Assembly (NCBI GenBank): GCA_018985225.1
Contig: JADGIF010000034.1
Location: 1 to 31,537 of the forward strand
DNA length: 31,537 bases
DNA from: Amoeboradix gromovi X-113
Lineage: Eukaryota; Fungi; Sanchytriomycota
Direction: 5' to 3'
Part shown: positions 1 to 12,401 of the stretch, piece by piece
Layout: every line of letters starts with the position of its first letter
Position numbering within the stretch: the first letter of the stretch is position 1
Position numbers and translations under genes: made by a program
Notes under the pieces: generated by a model
Database searches by the model: none
Told to the model about the DNA's origin: nothing
What the model saw: the letters and a program-made list of their open reading frames with translations, nothing else

Positions 1-228
1 CTATTCTCTTACTCTTTCATCCAATCTTTATTTCAAACAAAATATCACTATTACACTTCAAAGAAATAGATAAGAGTGATGATGTTAGTATAACATTACA
101 AAATGACTCTAGATAAGAGTACCGTCTAAGAAAATTGGTATAATAGAAGATCTTTTATTAATGAGAGCATTTCCTCCGATGGTGCACCTTTAAAAACGAG
201 TTAGTCTAGTTTTTATATTTGGTGTCCC
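1..228 (-). mobile_element. Partial MITE/DNA-transposon copy (left end, reverse orientation), truncated by window start
   Basis: Reverse complement of 181-228 reads GGGACACCAAATATAAAAACTAGACTAACTCGTTTTTAAAGGTGC, matching the left ends of the copies at 6624 and 22451; the interior diverges after ~70 bp. Confidence 0.85.
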
Positions 229-345
229 ATTTTACTCTTAAATTTCTTATAATTTTAGCAGAGCCGGATTGCAAATGATAGAAAGCAGAACTTCGGAATG
301 AGCTCATATTAATGTGGTCCACATTTCCCCTTGATCCAAACAAGA

Positions 346-1127
346 ATGTCCTACGCTAAGATGGAAGATTCCAACCTAGACTTTCACTCCGGTGACTACA
401 CTCACAAAACAGTTAATCAGTCACAGCCACCACCTGCAGAAAACGTTCCAAGTAGTAGTATTTGGTCTTTAAATTACTACAGGAAGTATTTTAATGTCGA
501 TTCTAATGCTATTTTTCAACGAACTTCCCTTTCATTTATCCCTTCACATAAACTAATCGATTCAATATTTGACAATCCTGATCTATGGGGCCCTTTTTGG
601 ATGGCCACTACTTTAATTGTGTTGTTATTTGTTGGCAGTTCGTTACTGCAATCAATTCTTGCATCAAGCAATGGTGTGGATGTTTCCAATTATGATTTAA
701 AAAAGTTGTATACTGGGATTTCTCTTATTTACCCTTATGTGTTTGGCATGCCTTTATTGATCTGGATAGTTTGTAGATACTATGCTACCCCGACCACTTT
801 CTTTGCTTTGGTTGATCTATATGGTTATACACTTTTTGTATGGCTTCCAACATCGGTAATACTTGTCTAACTTAGTGTTTGTCAGCGCTGCCTTTTACAG
901 CCTTAAGGATCATTATAATAATTGCAGCATTTGCTATCTCTGGTGCCACTTTAGTTATCAATCTGTACACTCTCCTCACTTCTTCGATGTTTTCTCAGAT
1001 GTCTACTAGATTGATGGACAAGAAGGTTGCTATGGTCCTGAATGGTGTCGTACTGGGCGTGCATGGTGTGTTTGCCATATTGTTTGGTGTTTTATTTTTT
1101 TCTATCGATATCAAAAATATAAAGTAA
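346..1127 (+). CDS. Yip1-domain Golgi membrane protein (YIPF1/2, Yip5-like); exons 346-855, 876-1127
   Basis: Motifs YYRKYFNVD and PDLWGPFWMATT plus several TM segments. The two ORFs join in frame by removing a 20-nt intron (WLPTS|CLSALPF). ATG at 346 preferred over TTG at 331. Confidence 0.88.
856..875 (+). other. 20-nt spliceosomal intron
   Basis: GTAATACTTGTCTAACTTAG; removal restores the frame; CTAAC branch site next to TTAG. Confidence 0.9.
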
Positions 1128-1148
1128 TAATAAATAGATTTATTATTC

Positions 1149-2343
1149 TTATTTATAAAACGCAAAGTCAAGCTGATTCTTTCTTATAACAGACTTGTAT
1201 CCTTCTTCAATGTCTTTTGATAAAATCACATATCTATTCTTACGCACTGCTTGCATACCAGACTCCTGGCAGATTGCAGATATGTCGGCGCCGGTTAATT
1301 TATCAGGTCGACTCACAACTACATTAATAGTAAATACATTCTTCCAAATCTACTTCGGGACTCAAATTCATTTTATCCGTAATTGTTCTAAAAATCAATC
1401 TCTTCTGTCTGCGATCGGGCAAAGGAAATTCAATCTTACGATCAAGTCTACCGGGTCTTAGCAATGCAGGATCGAGGGTATCAGCTCTATTTGTTGCCAT
1501 GATAACTTTAACATTCTCGGCTTGATCAAACCCATCCATCTGAGTTAAAAGTTCAATTAAAATACGCTGGACTTCCCTGTCTGCTCCAGTCTGCGCATCA
1601 AATCTCTTTGTTGCAATCGCATCAATTTCGTCAATAAAAATAATACATGGCGAATTTTCTCTTGCCAATCTAAAAACATCCCTGACCATACGAGGACCTT
1701 CTCCGAGATACTTCTGAACAAACTCGCTACCGTTTACTCTAATGAAAGAAGCAGTTGTATGATGAGCTACAGCCTTCACTAACATAGTTTTCCCAGTACC
1801 AGGTGGTCCATACAATAATACACCACGAGGAGGGTCAATACCAATCTGAGTATAAAGATGAGCTTGGGTTAGAGGTAATTCGACAGCTTCTTTGATTTCT
1901 TGTTTCTGAGAGTCTAATCCTCCAATATCCTCATAGCGAACGTCAGGCGTTTCGTCTTTGTTCATGAGTTGGATAGAGGAGTCGGCTTCAGGAGGTAGTA
2001 TAGAGACAACAGCATTAGAGTGGCGGTGTAGAGCAACACTAGTATTTGGTTTGAGCAGTTCCCTATCAAGCGTAGATAACACTTTGACAAGATACGTAGA
2101 GCCCGTAGTTGAAGATATAATAGCTTCGTTACCAACTGGGTGATATTCCATCAACTGTCCAATGACAAGTGGTACTGATTGAATACGTTTGATATTAAAC
2201 TGCGCTCGCTTTAATTCTGTTTTTAAATGAAACTGTTCATCCTTAATATAGTCTTCTTGCAGTTTGAGAAATTCTAATTCCTTTTCTAATTCAGTCGTGT
2301 GCTTGAATAACGAAGCAGCCTGAGGTTGTTTGGTTTGAATCAT
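1149..2343 (-). CDS. RPT3: 26S proteasome AAA-ATPase Rpt3 (PSMC4); exons 2343-1338, 1318-1149; 391 aa
   Basis: Walker [31 protein letters not shown]. The spliced C-terminus reads [37 protein letters not shown]...FAFYK*. Confidence 0.97.
1319..1337 (-). other. 19-nt spliceosomal intron
   Basis: GTATTTACTATTAATGTAG; removal restores the conserved Rpt3 C-terminus. Confidence 0.95.
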
Positions 2344-2510
2344 TGTTTGAAAAATAATAGTGAATTACACTTGAAGACAATCGAAAAAGGCAGTTCAAAG
2401 ACTGCGCAGCTTCAGCTAGCCGTTGCACAAGCTATATTGGTAGATGACTGATGATTTCTTGCTGAAATCAAATTTTCAAGTCAGTAAAGTTTGTAATTAT
2501 TTTTCAAACA
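2344..2510. promoter_or_regulatory. Divergent intergenic region bounded by a perfect 15-bp inverted repeat (ATTATTTTTCAAACA), one copy just upstream of each ATG
   Basis: 2344-2358 TGTTTGAAAAATAAT is the exact reverse complement of 2496-2510. A related TTTTTCA-N-AC motif precedes three other start codons in the window. Confidence 0.55.
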
Positions 2511-2515
2511 TCTTC

Positions 2516-5363
2516 ATGGTTGATTCCTTGGTCATAAACTTACCCGTGGCTAGCCTTGCCAACAACGCATCGCAAAATCTTGCTAAGCTCAGCAAAGGTT
2601 CTGGTATCACAATAGATGTCAGCTCGTCAAAACAGAACATGTCAGTATTTTTAAAAACTGCAAAGCAACTCTCTTATGAGCAGCTTAACGAAGTAGACTT
2701 AGACTTGTTCAAATACAAGGTTTACGATAAAGCCTGCAAACATGTCGTGAAAACAATAGAGTTGGATAAGGATGAGGTCTCTAGAATTATTGGGAAACGT
2801 GGAATCCGTATTAAGCAGTTGCAGCAGATGTTTTCTATTCGCTTAAACATTAACAAGAGCAATGAAATGACTCTCACAGGCCATGAGCAGAGCATTGACG
2901 ATTGTTTAAAGGAAATCAACTACACTCCAAATTCCAAATTCACGTTGTCGGACGAAGAGATGGTGCTATTTTTACTTCTACTAAAAAAGTCCTCTAGCAA
3001 TATTCCTAGCAATATTAAATCGATTCAACTTGGTGCTTCTCTTGATTCACTAGTTCCGTTGTTCAAGACTGCAAATAGATCTAACAAAGGTCACTCTGTA
3101 TCATTCAATGGGATTGTTCCTGACCTGGTCACCACTCTTTCTCAACTTAAGACCAGTTTGAATTTTTCTTCATTGTCCATCCCGTTGCTGAAGCTTCCTA
3201 CCTCTGAATTCCGATCCATCCAATCTAATGTTTTGCTGAACCATTTCGCATATCTGTACCCAGATGGTACTGTTTTTGCTCAAAAGGATGATTTGCTGTC
3301 AGCTATGCACCACTTGCTAACTATTAAACAAGGGTTTTCAACGGTTGTTTCTGTTTCCAATGCCCATCAGTTTCAGCCTTATATCAATTCTCAGTTATTT
3401 TCCAATCTTGATATTCAAGTGCACTATAATGATTCTGATATTCTACTATATAGTACTAAAGCAAACAAGGTTCAATTATCAGTTAAATGTGTCGGCATGA
3501 TCTACCCTGCTCCTTTTTCCAGATCTCTCAATGATAGCTCCAGCACCAATACTCTCATTTTAAACAGTAAATTGAATAATGGTGTTCATGTTGCCTGTCA
3601 TTCTATAAATAACGAGTTGTACCTTCTTGGATGCAGTGTCGATGGTACGAAAGTGGGCCCTGTACTTGAATCTCTTGCTGATAAAATTGTTTCTGACAGC
3701 AATAAACTACCTGAATCTAACAAGCAAGTTACTGTTGATATTAATCCCGAGTTCACAGCAGCATTTAAGTCTCAAATTCCGACTATAATCAAGAATCACA
3801 GTACTTCCAAACATACTTGTACAATCGGCGTTAATGGGTCTACTGTTACTATTCTGGGTCCTAGTATTATCACTACTCCTGTTGCTAAACATGTTCATGA
3901 ACTATTAAAATCGTTTAAGAGTGACAACTACAAGGCCACAATTAAAGTAAAATGCAACAATTTGACAAACTATAAGATTGAAGGGATAAAGGACATTTAC
4001 TCTAGGAACAATTTGGTAACCGTGATAGGAATAGAGTCTCAAGTAAATGCCGTGATTAGTCAATTAAATGATTTGCTTGTCCAACAATCGATTCAGGTCA
4101 GCAAATCATTGATTGTGGAAAATCCTAGTGTTATTATAGGCAAAAATGGGGTAGTAATTAATAAGTTACAGCAAGTTTACGGCGTTTCTATCAAAGCTGA
4201 ATACAGTGACAGTAGTGTTACAATAACTGGAGATCCTACAATGGTAGATAAATGTATTAAGGACGTTCAACGATTGCTTTCGACTAATGAGAGCAACAAT
4301 CAATCTACAACTTTAGAATGTCCAGTAGCTATAAACAGTTGGATTATCGGTAAGAATGGGGCCAGAATTAACAAATTAAGACAGCTGACGCTGACGACAA
4401 TTGACATCAACGAAGGGAACATAGTTGTAAAAGGATTGAATCATGAGTTATGTTCCAATGCTATCAAGTTTATGATGGATTATTACAAACAAGATAAGCT
4501 TAAATTAGTAGTGAATATAAATCCCGCTATCATAAACAGGGCGGATATGAATATCATTCGAGATGAGTTGCTGAGCAAGCCATTAGGGAGGAAAATGGAT
4601 ATTTCTATGGTCATTGCAAGCATAGTCATGGATAAGCCATGGACTGATTTAGAGAGGGCTCAGTACAGTGTAAAGAACTCTAGCATTCATATATATGGGT
4701 GGGACATGGATTTAATGACTGAGTTCAAAAATTTGGTGGTAGAAAAATATAAGAATGTACACTCTTCTGTAGTTGCAATAAATGGTATCAACCAGAGTGT
4801 TTTAATGGATATTGAAGACACTTGCAATGTCAAAATTCATCATGACCATGACAAGAAGAATGATAACGTTGAAGTAATCGATCAAAATGGACTTAAGAGG
4901 TTAAAGATAGTAGGCGAGGAACCTAACATCGCACATGCTATTACAAAGATTAAAGAGCTGCGAAATGCAGTATCTCAATTTGGCATGTCCGAAAGTGCAA
5001 GTTCGATGGTGCTAAAAGAACTCAGACAGTATGACGTCTTTGCGACTTATAAAAATGGCGAATTAAAGGTAGAAGGCGTGAAAGAACAGTTGAATATTGT
5101 CAAGGGAATAATTGACGAGTTAGTCAAAACTATGGTAAAGAGTACTGATGTAGAATGTTACTAGTAAAGTAGTTATTGGATCGGAATACCATTCAAGAAT
5201 AGTGGGAAGCAAAGGAATAGTAATCAATGGATTACGACAAGACACTGGATGTATTATTAACATGCCGAAAAATAGAGGGTCTGATGAAATTGAGATCATT
5301 GGCCCAAGTCAAGAAGCAGTGGATTTGTGTATTGGAAAATTGAAAGCGATTGCTAGAGAATAA
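2516..5363 (+). CDS. Multi-KH-domain RNA-binding protein (divergent vigilin/Scp160-like); exons 2516-5134, 5154-5363
   Basis: GxxG KH loops IIGKRG, IIGKNG (twice) and, after splicing, HSRIVGSKGIVINGLRQDTGCIINMP. Start 2516 chosen from the upstream motif; 2444 is an alternative in-frame ATG. Confidence 0.8.
5135..5153 (+). other. 19-nt spliceosomal intron
   Basis: GTAAAGAGTACTGATGTAG; removal joins KTM|NVTSKVVIG and adds a final KH domain; fits the consensus of the other introns. Confidence 0.85.
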
Positions 5364-5379
5364 GTAAATACAATAAATA

Positions 5380-6588
5380 TTATTTACTAAAGTATGCATC
5401 AAAATAACGCTGTTCAGCAAGCTTGATGGCTTCAACCGTTGAATCATATCTTGGACTAAAATAGAGGAAAAGGGAGTCGGAAAGATAAGAAAACTGAGAA
5501 TAGTCTATACCAGTGTAGGCTTCCTGAAAACAGCTGCAGTCCTTTGGAGAAGTATGGGACTTGGGAATGCAATTAACGGCTTCATCGCAATAGCAAGTGA
5601 ACTTGATGTTTACATTGTCTTTATCAGCAACGGAAAAATCATTTGGCACTGAAATAGCTTGCTTTTTTATAGAAGAAGGTAAAGAGTCCAAGAAATTAGT
5701 TTGCTGAAGAAAAAGTGCCAACTTAGAGTTTTTTGGAGGTATGCAGCAATGAGTAATATGATGATACCATTGGCAAATCCATGATTGGAAGTCAAATTCA
5801 AATGTTACATCTTCGAACAGATGTACTATATAGGCATAGAGCGACCAAATTACATGAAGATCAAAAGTCATTCGATAATAGTTAGAAGAAACATGCCAAT
5901 AGTCAGTATTGTATGCAGAGTACCAATGCTCAGCAATTTCAAGGGGCAGCTTTAAATCAGTGATTAAATAACATGCATATATCTGTATGTTAGGCACAGG
6001 AAATTGAACAAAATCAAAATAATTTAGCATCGCGAACAAGTTTTGTATGTTATTGGATATTTTAATGTTCAAGTGCTTCAATTGATTTTTGGTTATGTAG
6101 TCCTTGTATCTATTAGGGATATCAATGGGTTGCAGCAATTCGATCAAATCGTTGAAAGATATAGGAAGGAAATTTAACTGGCAAGCTAGCCACAGAACGC
6201 TAAAGGCATCAGAAGCTTTTAAAGCCGACTCAAAGGTAGACTGCTGAGCATTTTCAGATATTCCGTTTTTTGTTAGCCAACTTATCCAGAGTTCAAAAAC
6301 CGACCGCATTATGTCAATACTGATTATCTCTTGAAGTTGCTCAGAGTATTTAACAAGACAGTACTGCACCGCATCGATATACATCAGGTATTCTTCATGC
6401 CCAAATAACATTTTCGATTCTTCCAACTTACGAGCAGGTTGAGATTGCGACAACACTTGAGTATTGAACACTTCATATTCAGTCTCTAATATTTGCATAT
6501 CCTTGTTAATATGACCATTAGTGCATATAAAAACATCGTCTGCAGTTCTTCTGAAATTTGAAGAACCGCAAATATTACATAAATCCAT
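5380..6588 (-). CDS. RRN7: RNA polymerase I core factor subunit Rrn7/TAF1B-like
   Basis: N-terminal zinc ribbon CNICGS-x12-CTNGH followed by a helical cyclin-like region (VFELWISWL; LWLACQLNFLPISFNDL); 402 aa. Confidence 0.7.
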   Translation of the reverse strand: MDLCNICGSSNFRRTADDVFICTNGHINKDMQILETEYEVFNTQVLSQSQPARKLEESKMLFGHEEYLMYIDAVQYCLVKYSEQLQEIISIDIMRSVFELWISWLTKNGISENAQQSTFESALKASDAFSVLWLACQLNFLPISFNDLIELLQPIDIPNRYKDYITKNQLKHLNIKISNNIQNLFAMLNYFDFVQFPVPNIQIYACYLITDLKLPLEIAEHWYSAYNTDYWHVSSNYYRMTFDLHVIWSLYAYIVHLFEDVTFEFDFQSWICQWYHHITHCCIPPKNSKLALFLQQTNFLDSLPSSIKKQAISVPNDFSVADKDNVNIKFTCYCDEAVNCIPKSHTSPKDCSCFQEAYTGIDYSQFSYLSDSLFLYFSPRYDSTVEAIKLAEQRYFDAYFSK

Positions 6589-6623
6589 CCCTGTTTCTTA
6601 ATTATTTTTGGTACGAGCAAGAT

Positions 6624-7060
6624 GGGACAACAAATATTAAAACTAGACCAAGTCGTTTTTGAAGTAGGTGCTCCACAATGAAGAAGTACTATTATTAGTA
6701 AAAGTCCTTCTTCGTTCATTAATGTCATTCCCCTCCTTAAAATAAAACAAGATGACCCACCATCTCTCTCAAATATATGAGGTCTTTGAGTGTCTTAGCA
6801 AAGGTGCATTATCTACTACTTTAACTCTATCATCTGTTCCATTTTCTTTTTCCCCTTACCACCTTTCATATAGCTTGTTTTTTGTTTTCTCTTCTTCTTA
6901 TTAATAATTCTTTCCAAGATTTTAATGGATGAAAAGCATTTATACTAAAATAGTTTACTTGGACAGATTAATTTAATTTAATTTACTATCGGTTAATAAA
7001 CTTGAAATAGTGATTCAAACTATTTCAGAAAGTTAGTCAAGTTTTTATATTTGATGTCCC
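6624..7060 (+). mobile_element. MITE, full copy (~437 bp) with ~25-bp TIRs
   Basis: Left end GGGACAACAAATATTAAAACTAGAC, right end GTCAAGTTTTTATATTTGATGTCCC; collinear over its full length with 22451-22883; no transposase ORF. Confidence 0.92.
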
Positions 7061-7089
7061 TTATGTTTTTAATATTGCTTTTAGCAATA

Positions 7090-8204
7090 ACTAGTGTAAC
7101 CATTCAGCAGCTCTCCAGATTAAAAGACTATCTAGAGTTTACTTGCAAAAAGTAGACCAGAAGTAAACACTTACGACAAAATAAAGAACTGGTACACTCA
7201 TCGCAAACCTAGTAAACCTAACAAACCAGTTTTACAAAAGCACCCATATTCCATCACGTAGAATCAGCGAAACGGTTGTGCTGTATTATTTTATCAGCCA
7301 AATTGGTCTTCACCATTTGTTCTAGAGTATGTTGCCCTAATGTTTTCCTCCAAGCATACAGATCAGCTTCTTACCTCGAATACTCTAGTACCACTAGGAC
7401 TATGCTGGTCACTTGCACACCTATCGTAAACACGTTTTGCATACTTTCTCTACCCTCTGAAGTCTTGCTTTCGTCCTATCTATAACATTGTACACTTTTC
7501 TCAAAGACATCTCTCTGTGTATCAAATCCGCCGCCTTACTTTCTCAGGTCTTCACTTTTCATGTTCTTGGAGCCATTTTCCTTTCTGTGATACCGAAAAT
7601 GGGACAGATGACGCTAAGACATTCCAGAAATCCATGGCCATCATACGGTTTATGTCCCCACAACATTTTCTATATTACTTTGCAGGCTATCTTTTATGGT
7701 TGCTAACACCTGCTCTCTCTAAGAAGTGTAACCCGCAAAGTCTGGCAGGCAAGTCTTGTCTCTCTCGAGTATTGCCAAATGTTGGCATATCACAAGGCCA
7801 CGGATATTCTGTGGAATCTGGCTTCCTATATGCAAATATTTGACCAAATGCACAGTAAAGCCCTCTGTTCTTAAAATAGGGCCTAGTGTCATAATCTTAC
7901 GTTTTTCTGGCATTGCACTTTTCTTTAATGGTGTATAGTATCTGCTGAGGCTGGACCGGATCTCTGGCCTTTTCCTGGTTGCTTGCGGCACGTCTTTGCG
8001 GTGAGAAGTAATACCCAGTGTTTGTATTTTTACTAGGACTCGTCGGATGATGATACCCGCATTCCGGCTGCTGGCGGCATAAGTTTTTGATGCAGCCCTA
8101 TGTGGACGTGGCGTCGTAATTTCTGAATAAATCGTTCGATCCTCAAAAAGATTACCTGGCTTCTGTATTGTATTGTAGTATCTTATATGATAGAACTGAG
8201 CCAT
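7090..8204 (-). pseudogene. Decayed Fanzor1/TnpB-like nuclease relic A
   Basis: Ordered motifs across stops and frameshifts: LGPILRTEGFTVHL (TDG-like, 7860-7868), MMAMDF (possible RuvC-I), KKLICMLGG, then VCDECTSSLFCRKC (E-x2-[TS]S-x2-C-x2-C, 7167-7202). Confidence 0.55.
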
Positions 8205-8279
8205 CCATATTCTGAAGATAAAGTAGCGGCATTCCCAATGAAGGGTAAACTGGAGGAGCTAAAAGAGCTACGAAAAGGA

Positions 8280-8731
8280 AAGATATATCTAGTCATTATG
8301 TACAAGCACAAAAAGGTATCGAAAATTCTATAGATCTTCTCAGACAACTGCACTAGCTCTAGGTCAGTAGCATTCGCTGACGGAAAATATTGGAGCTAGT
8401 ACACGCAGTGCTATATCTGGGAAAGCTATTGGCCATGAATAGAAAATACAATGAAATCAGAAAAAAGTCCAGAAAGTGATTTACGAATGGTTATTGCAGT
8501 CACTAGCACAACAGAAAGGGCCCATAGCGGTATCCTGGAAAGAAGCCAGTGCGTGCACTAGGCAGGAAAATACTGTTTTCGCTTGTTCCTGAGTTTAGAA
8601 CCAAAAAAGAGGAATCAGTATTTGCGAGCTGTCCCCTAAAGTGCATGCGACAGAATATGAGACGTCTCTACTTGACTTGTTCTACTTTTTTTGTGAAATT
8701 AGTTTTGAAAATGTTTCTCAGGTTTGCATAG
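8280..8731 (+). pseudogene. Decayed Fanzor1/TnpB-like nuclease relic B (C-terminal part)
   Basis: PGKKPVRALGRKILFSLVPEFRT resembles the V-x-L-V-D-E-F-R-T-S RuvC-II motif, followed by NMRRLYLTCS; upstream frames are broken. Confidence 0.5.
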
Positions 8732-8935
8732 AATGTCCCAATTAGTCTTCAGTTTTTGAAAACTGAGGAGCTGTGCCAACTCGACACGATTGTTAAACTT
8801 CATTCGTTAAAACTCTAAGGCTAGTATACTTTGAAAAATGCAAGACATTTGTTTAATAAATATATAAAAAATGGAAACCGTAAATTCAAGTGTAGGAGTC
8901 TGTACGCAATTTCTATAATTTACTAAGGAGAAATT

Positions 8936-9262
8936 TTATTTTGTCGTCAACTGATTGCGCAAAGCGTCAAATTCAATTTGTTGTTTCTCCAAATGTGTTC
9001 TGGACAAATCAATTGCCGTTTTAAGCTCTGCCGTTTCTTTAGTTAAATCATTTTGCACCTTCTCATTTATCATTTCTACTAGTATTCCACCAATAAGTCG
9101 ATGGCATTTACGATCCTTTGGTAACTTCTCAATAATACTGATTATCTGCGTGTTCTCTTCTTTTTTTTGGTTTAAATGCGAAAGTTCGTCTTGCTTATTT
9201 TGAAGTTGCATTGCCATGTTCTGTATTTTCTGATTCATTTGCTGTGACATTTGTGAAGTCAT
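8936..9262 (-). CDS. PFDN2: Prefoldin subunit 2 (Gim4)
   Basis: RKCHRLIGGILVE hairpin between coiled coils; 108 aa. Confidence 0.9.
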   Translation of the reverse strand: MTSQMSQQMNQKIQNMAMQLQNKQDELSHLNQKKEENTQIISIIEKLPKDRKCHRLIGGILVEMINEKVQNDLTKETAELKTAIDLSRTHLEKQQIEFDALRNQLTTK

Positions 9263-9289
9263 GTCTGAAAAACTATTTTAACAATGAAT

Positions 9290-12200
9290 TTATTTTTCCA
9301 AATCAATTGCTTTTAATTTGTTAATTGTGTCTTGCATCATAGTCAATTCTGTTTTCAACAAATCAATCTTCTCTTTGTTAGACAATTGAACTGCTTCCGG
9401 CACTTTTGTGGTGTATCCATTAATTTCAGTCTGCTTAACAGTAGATTTCAAGTTGTTTTCAGCCTTTGCAACCTTCTTTTTTAGCCTTAAAACCTCTTTT
9501 TGTATATCCACTTGTCCTTTAACTAACAGATATACAGCATTAGTGGCGGATACTGCTTCCGACATGCAGCCATGTGGCGCTTTATCGTCATTGCCTAATA
9601 TCTCAATCATTTCTAATCCTTTTACTAAATTCGTGATCAACAGAGACTGGCTTTTGAACAATTTATAATCACTTGAAGTTTTCGCACGTATATAAACTAT
9701 GTTAACACTGATTACCTTTTGCTTTACTTGCTACACTGTAAAGGACCATCAATGATCTAATAACGCTTATAACCTTTATCACGCACTCAAATGACTCCAT
9801 TTCCTCCAAATTGTAATAGTAATCATCAAACTCTGGATACTTACTAATGCATATGCTAGCAGCATCGCCAGCTTGTCGAGGTAGCCGTTGCCATAACTCT
9901 TCTGTTACAAACGGCATGAATGGATGGAACAGCTTCAATGCACCGTCTAATGTTAAATATAGAGTGTTTCTAGTTGAGTCTGCTTCCTGTGGTGATGATT
10001 CCAGTAATGCCTTAGTGGATTCAATAAACACATCACATAGCTCATTTAAAAAGTACTTGTAAATGCAATTAGTGGCTTGCATAAAATTATAATTATTCAG
10101 GTGTGTCTCAACATCTTTTGCAGCTATAGCCAGCTTGCTAAGGATCCACTTCTCCGGCAATGTTACCGGTAAACATTTATTAATTGTCTGCTTAGCATCA
10201 AGCTTCATCATTCCAAACTTAATAGCATTCCACATCTTATTGCAAAACTTGCGGTACCCTTCTACTCTTAAGATATCTAAATTGATAGAGTTGCCGTCAT
10301 TTGTTAAGCTACAAAGCGCAAATCTAAGAGCATCTGTGCCGCATTGCGGAATACCAGAAGGATACGATTCTTGCTGCCCCTTTGATGCTTTCTCGATTTC
10401 TTGTTTACTTAAATTCGATTTCATTAGTTTAAGTTGTAATTCTTCCAAAGTGATCCCTTGAATAACATCTACAGGATCTACAACATTACCCAGAGATTTA
10501 CTCATCTTACGGCCCTGGGCGTCTCTTACCATAGCGTGGCAGAATACCCGCTCAAAAGGGACCTTGTCCGTCAGCAGTAATCCCATCATGACCATTCTAG
10601 CTACCCAAAAAAACAAAATATCTTTTCCCGTCTCCAGTAATGCGTTTGGGTAATAGTTCACAAAATCGTTAGTGCTTTCCGGCCATCCCATTGTAGCAAA
10701 AGGCCACAGTGAACTACTGAACCAAGTGTCTAGAACATCTTCATCTTGTTGAATCGAAATGCTACCCAAATGCTTGAATTTTACTTTAGCTTTATCTAGT
10801 GCACTATCATAGGAGTCTGCAATTATCCAATTGTTACCATCATTGCCATCCAGAGGTAAGTTATTCACACTAACTAAATACGCTGGTACTTTATGACCCC
10901 ACCACAGCTGCCTTGAAAGACACCAATCTTGAATGTTATTCAACCATCTGTGCCACTCTTTTTCACTCTGTTCAGGTTGAATTAACAGATTTTTGGAATT
11001 GACTGCCTCAACAGCTCGTTTAGCCATTAAATTGCAATTCATCCACCATTGAGGTTTTAATCTAGGCTCTATTATATCGCCACTCCTACTGCAAACAGGA
11101 ACCACCATAACATGGTCCTTTATTTCAACAAACAAATTTAAATCCTTCAAATCCTTCAATATTGCCTCTCGGGCATCAAATCTCATCAAATTAGAGAATT
11201 TACCACCGTTTTCATTAATGCTACCGTCGTCGTTTAATATGTCAATAAATTCCAAGCCATGTCGCTTACCGATTTCGTAATCATTTATATCATGTGCAGG
11301 TGTCATTTTAACAACACCTGTACCAAAATCAACATCTACATATTCATCTTGAATGATAGGCAAACATTTGTTGGTGAAGGGATGCTTTACAAACAATGAA
11401 TGATATTTAACAAATCTAGAGTCATTTGGATTGACGCAAACTGCACTATCGCCTAACATAGTCTCTATACGGGTAGTCGCAATAGTAAGTAAATCACCAG
11501 TCAAGCTGCCATCTTTATTACAAACTGGATAGTTAAAATAGACCAATACTCCAAATATATACTTCTTTTTAGGATCATGCCCGGGAACAGGTAGCATGGT
11601 TTTGACTTTTATCTCTTTTTGATCCACTTCCAAATTTGATAAAGCAGTATTTAATGTACAGCACCAATTGACTAGTTTAGTATCGCGGTATATAAGACCT
11701 TTCGCATGTCCTTGTATAAATGCTTGGTTAACAGCATTAATCATTTTATCATCCATTGTAAATACCACGCGATCCCAGTCAAAACTTCCCCCAAGTCTTT
11801 TCATTTGATCATAAATTCCATTTCCATTTTCGTTTTTCCAATCCCACACACGCTTAAGGAATTCAGTACGGCCCAGATCATGTCTTGTTTTATTTTCAGA
11901 TTTAAGAAGTTGCTTTTCGACAACGCTTTGAGTGGCAATACCAGCATGATCACAACCAGGAAGATATAAAACAGAATATCCGCGCATTCTGTGATATCTT
12001 ATTAGAGCATCCTGAACTGCGGTGGTTAAGGCGTGCCCAATATGCAGTCTACCAGTAACATTTGGGGGAGGAAATGTAATGACATATGGCTTACCACCTG
12101 GATTGCATTCTGGCTTAAAAAAGCCGCTTTTGCTCCACCAATCCATCCAAGCTGATTCTACCGCCTCGGGATCATACTTTTGTTGAAAGTCACCAAACAC

Positions 12201-12401
12201 TTTTTTTTCGCCTCTTGGGGTTAGGTTGACATATTTTTCAACTTGAACATAGTCGGTAACCTTTTTAGAATCTAGTTGCTCCGTAGATGCAGAAGAGGAT
12301 ACCTTACCCTTTTGTTTTTCAAGAAATTTAGCCATTTTCGCTTCCTTTTTTAATTGCTTCTCAGTTTTTGCTTTAGTTATTTTTGGCTTTGCTGCCTCCA
12401 T
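9290..12401 (-). CDS. VAS1: Valyl-tRNA synthetase; exons 12401-9716, 9696-9290; 1030 aa
   Basis: PPPNVTGRLHIGH, GCDHAGIATQ, DWCLSRQLWWGH, KMSKS, and a C-terminal coiled-coil arm after splicing. Confidence 0.98.
9697..9715 (-). other. 19-nt spliceosomal intron
   Basis: GTAATCAGTGTTAACATAG; removal joins the two ValRS ORFs in frame. Confidence 0.93.

Noticed and set aside
5157-5172. Alternative 16-nt intron GTTACTAGTAAAGTAG in the KH gene
   Set aside because: It also restores the frame but lacks the GTA start and TRAY-NYAG end; 5135-5153 fits the consensus exactly.
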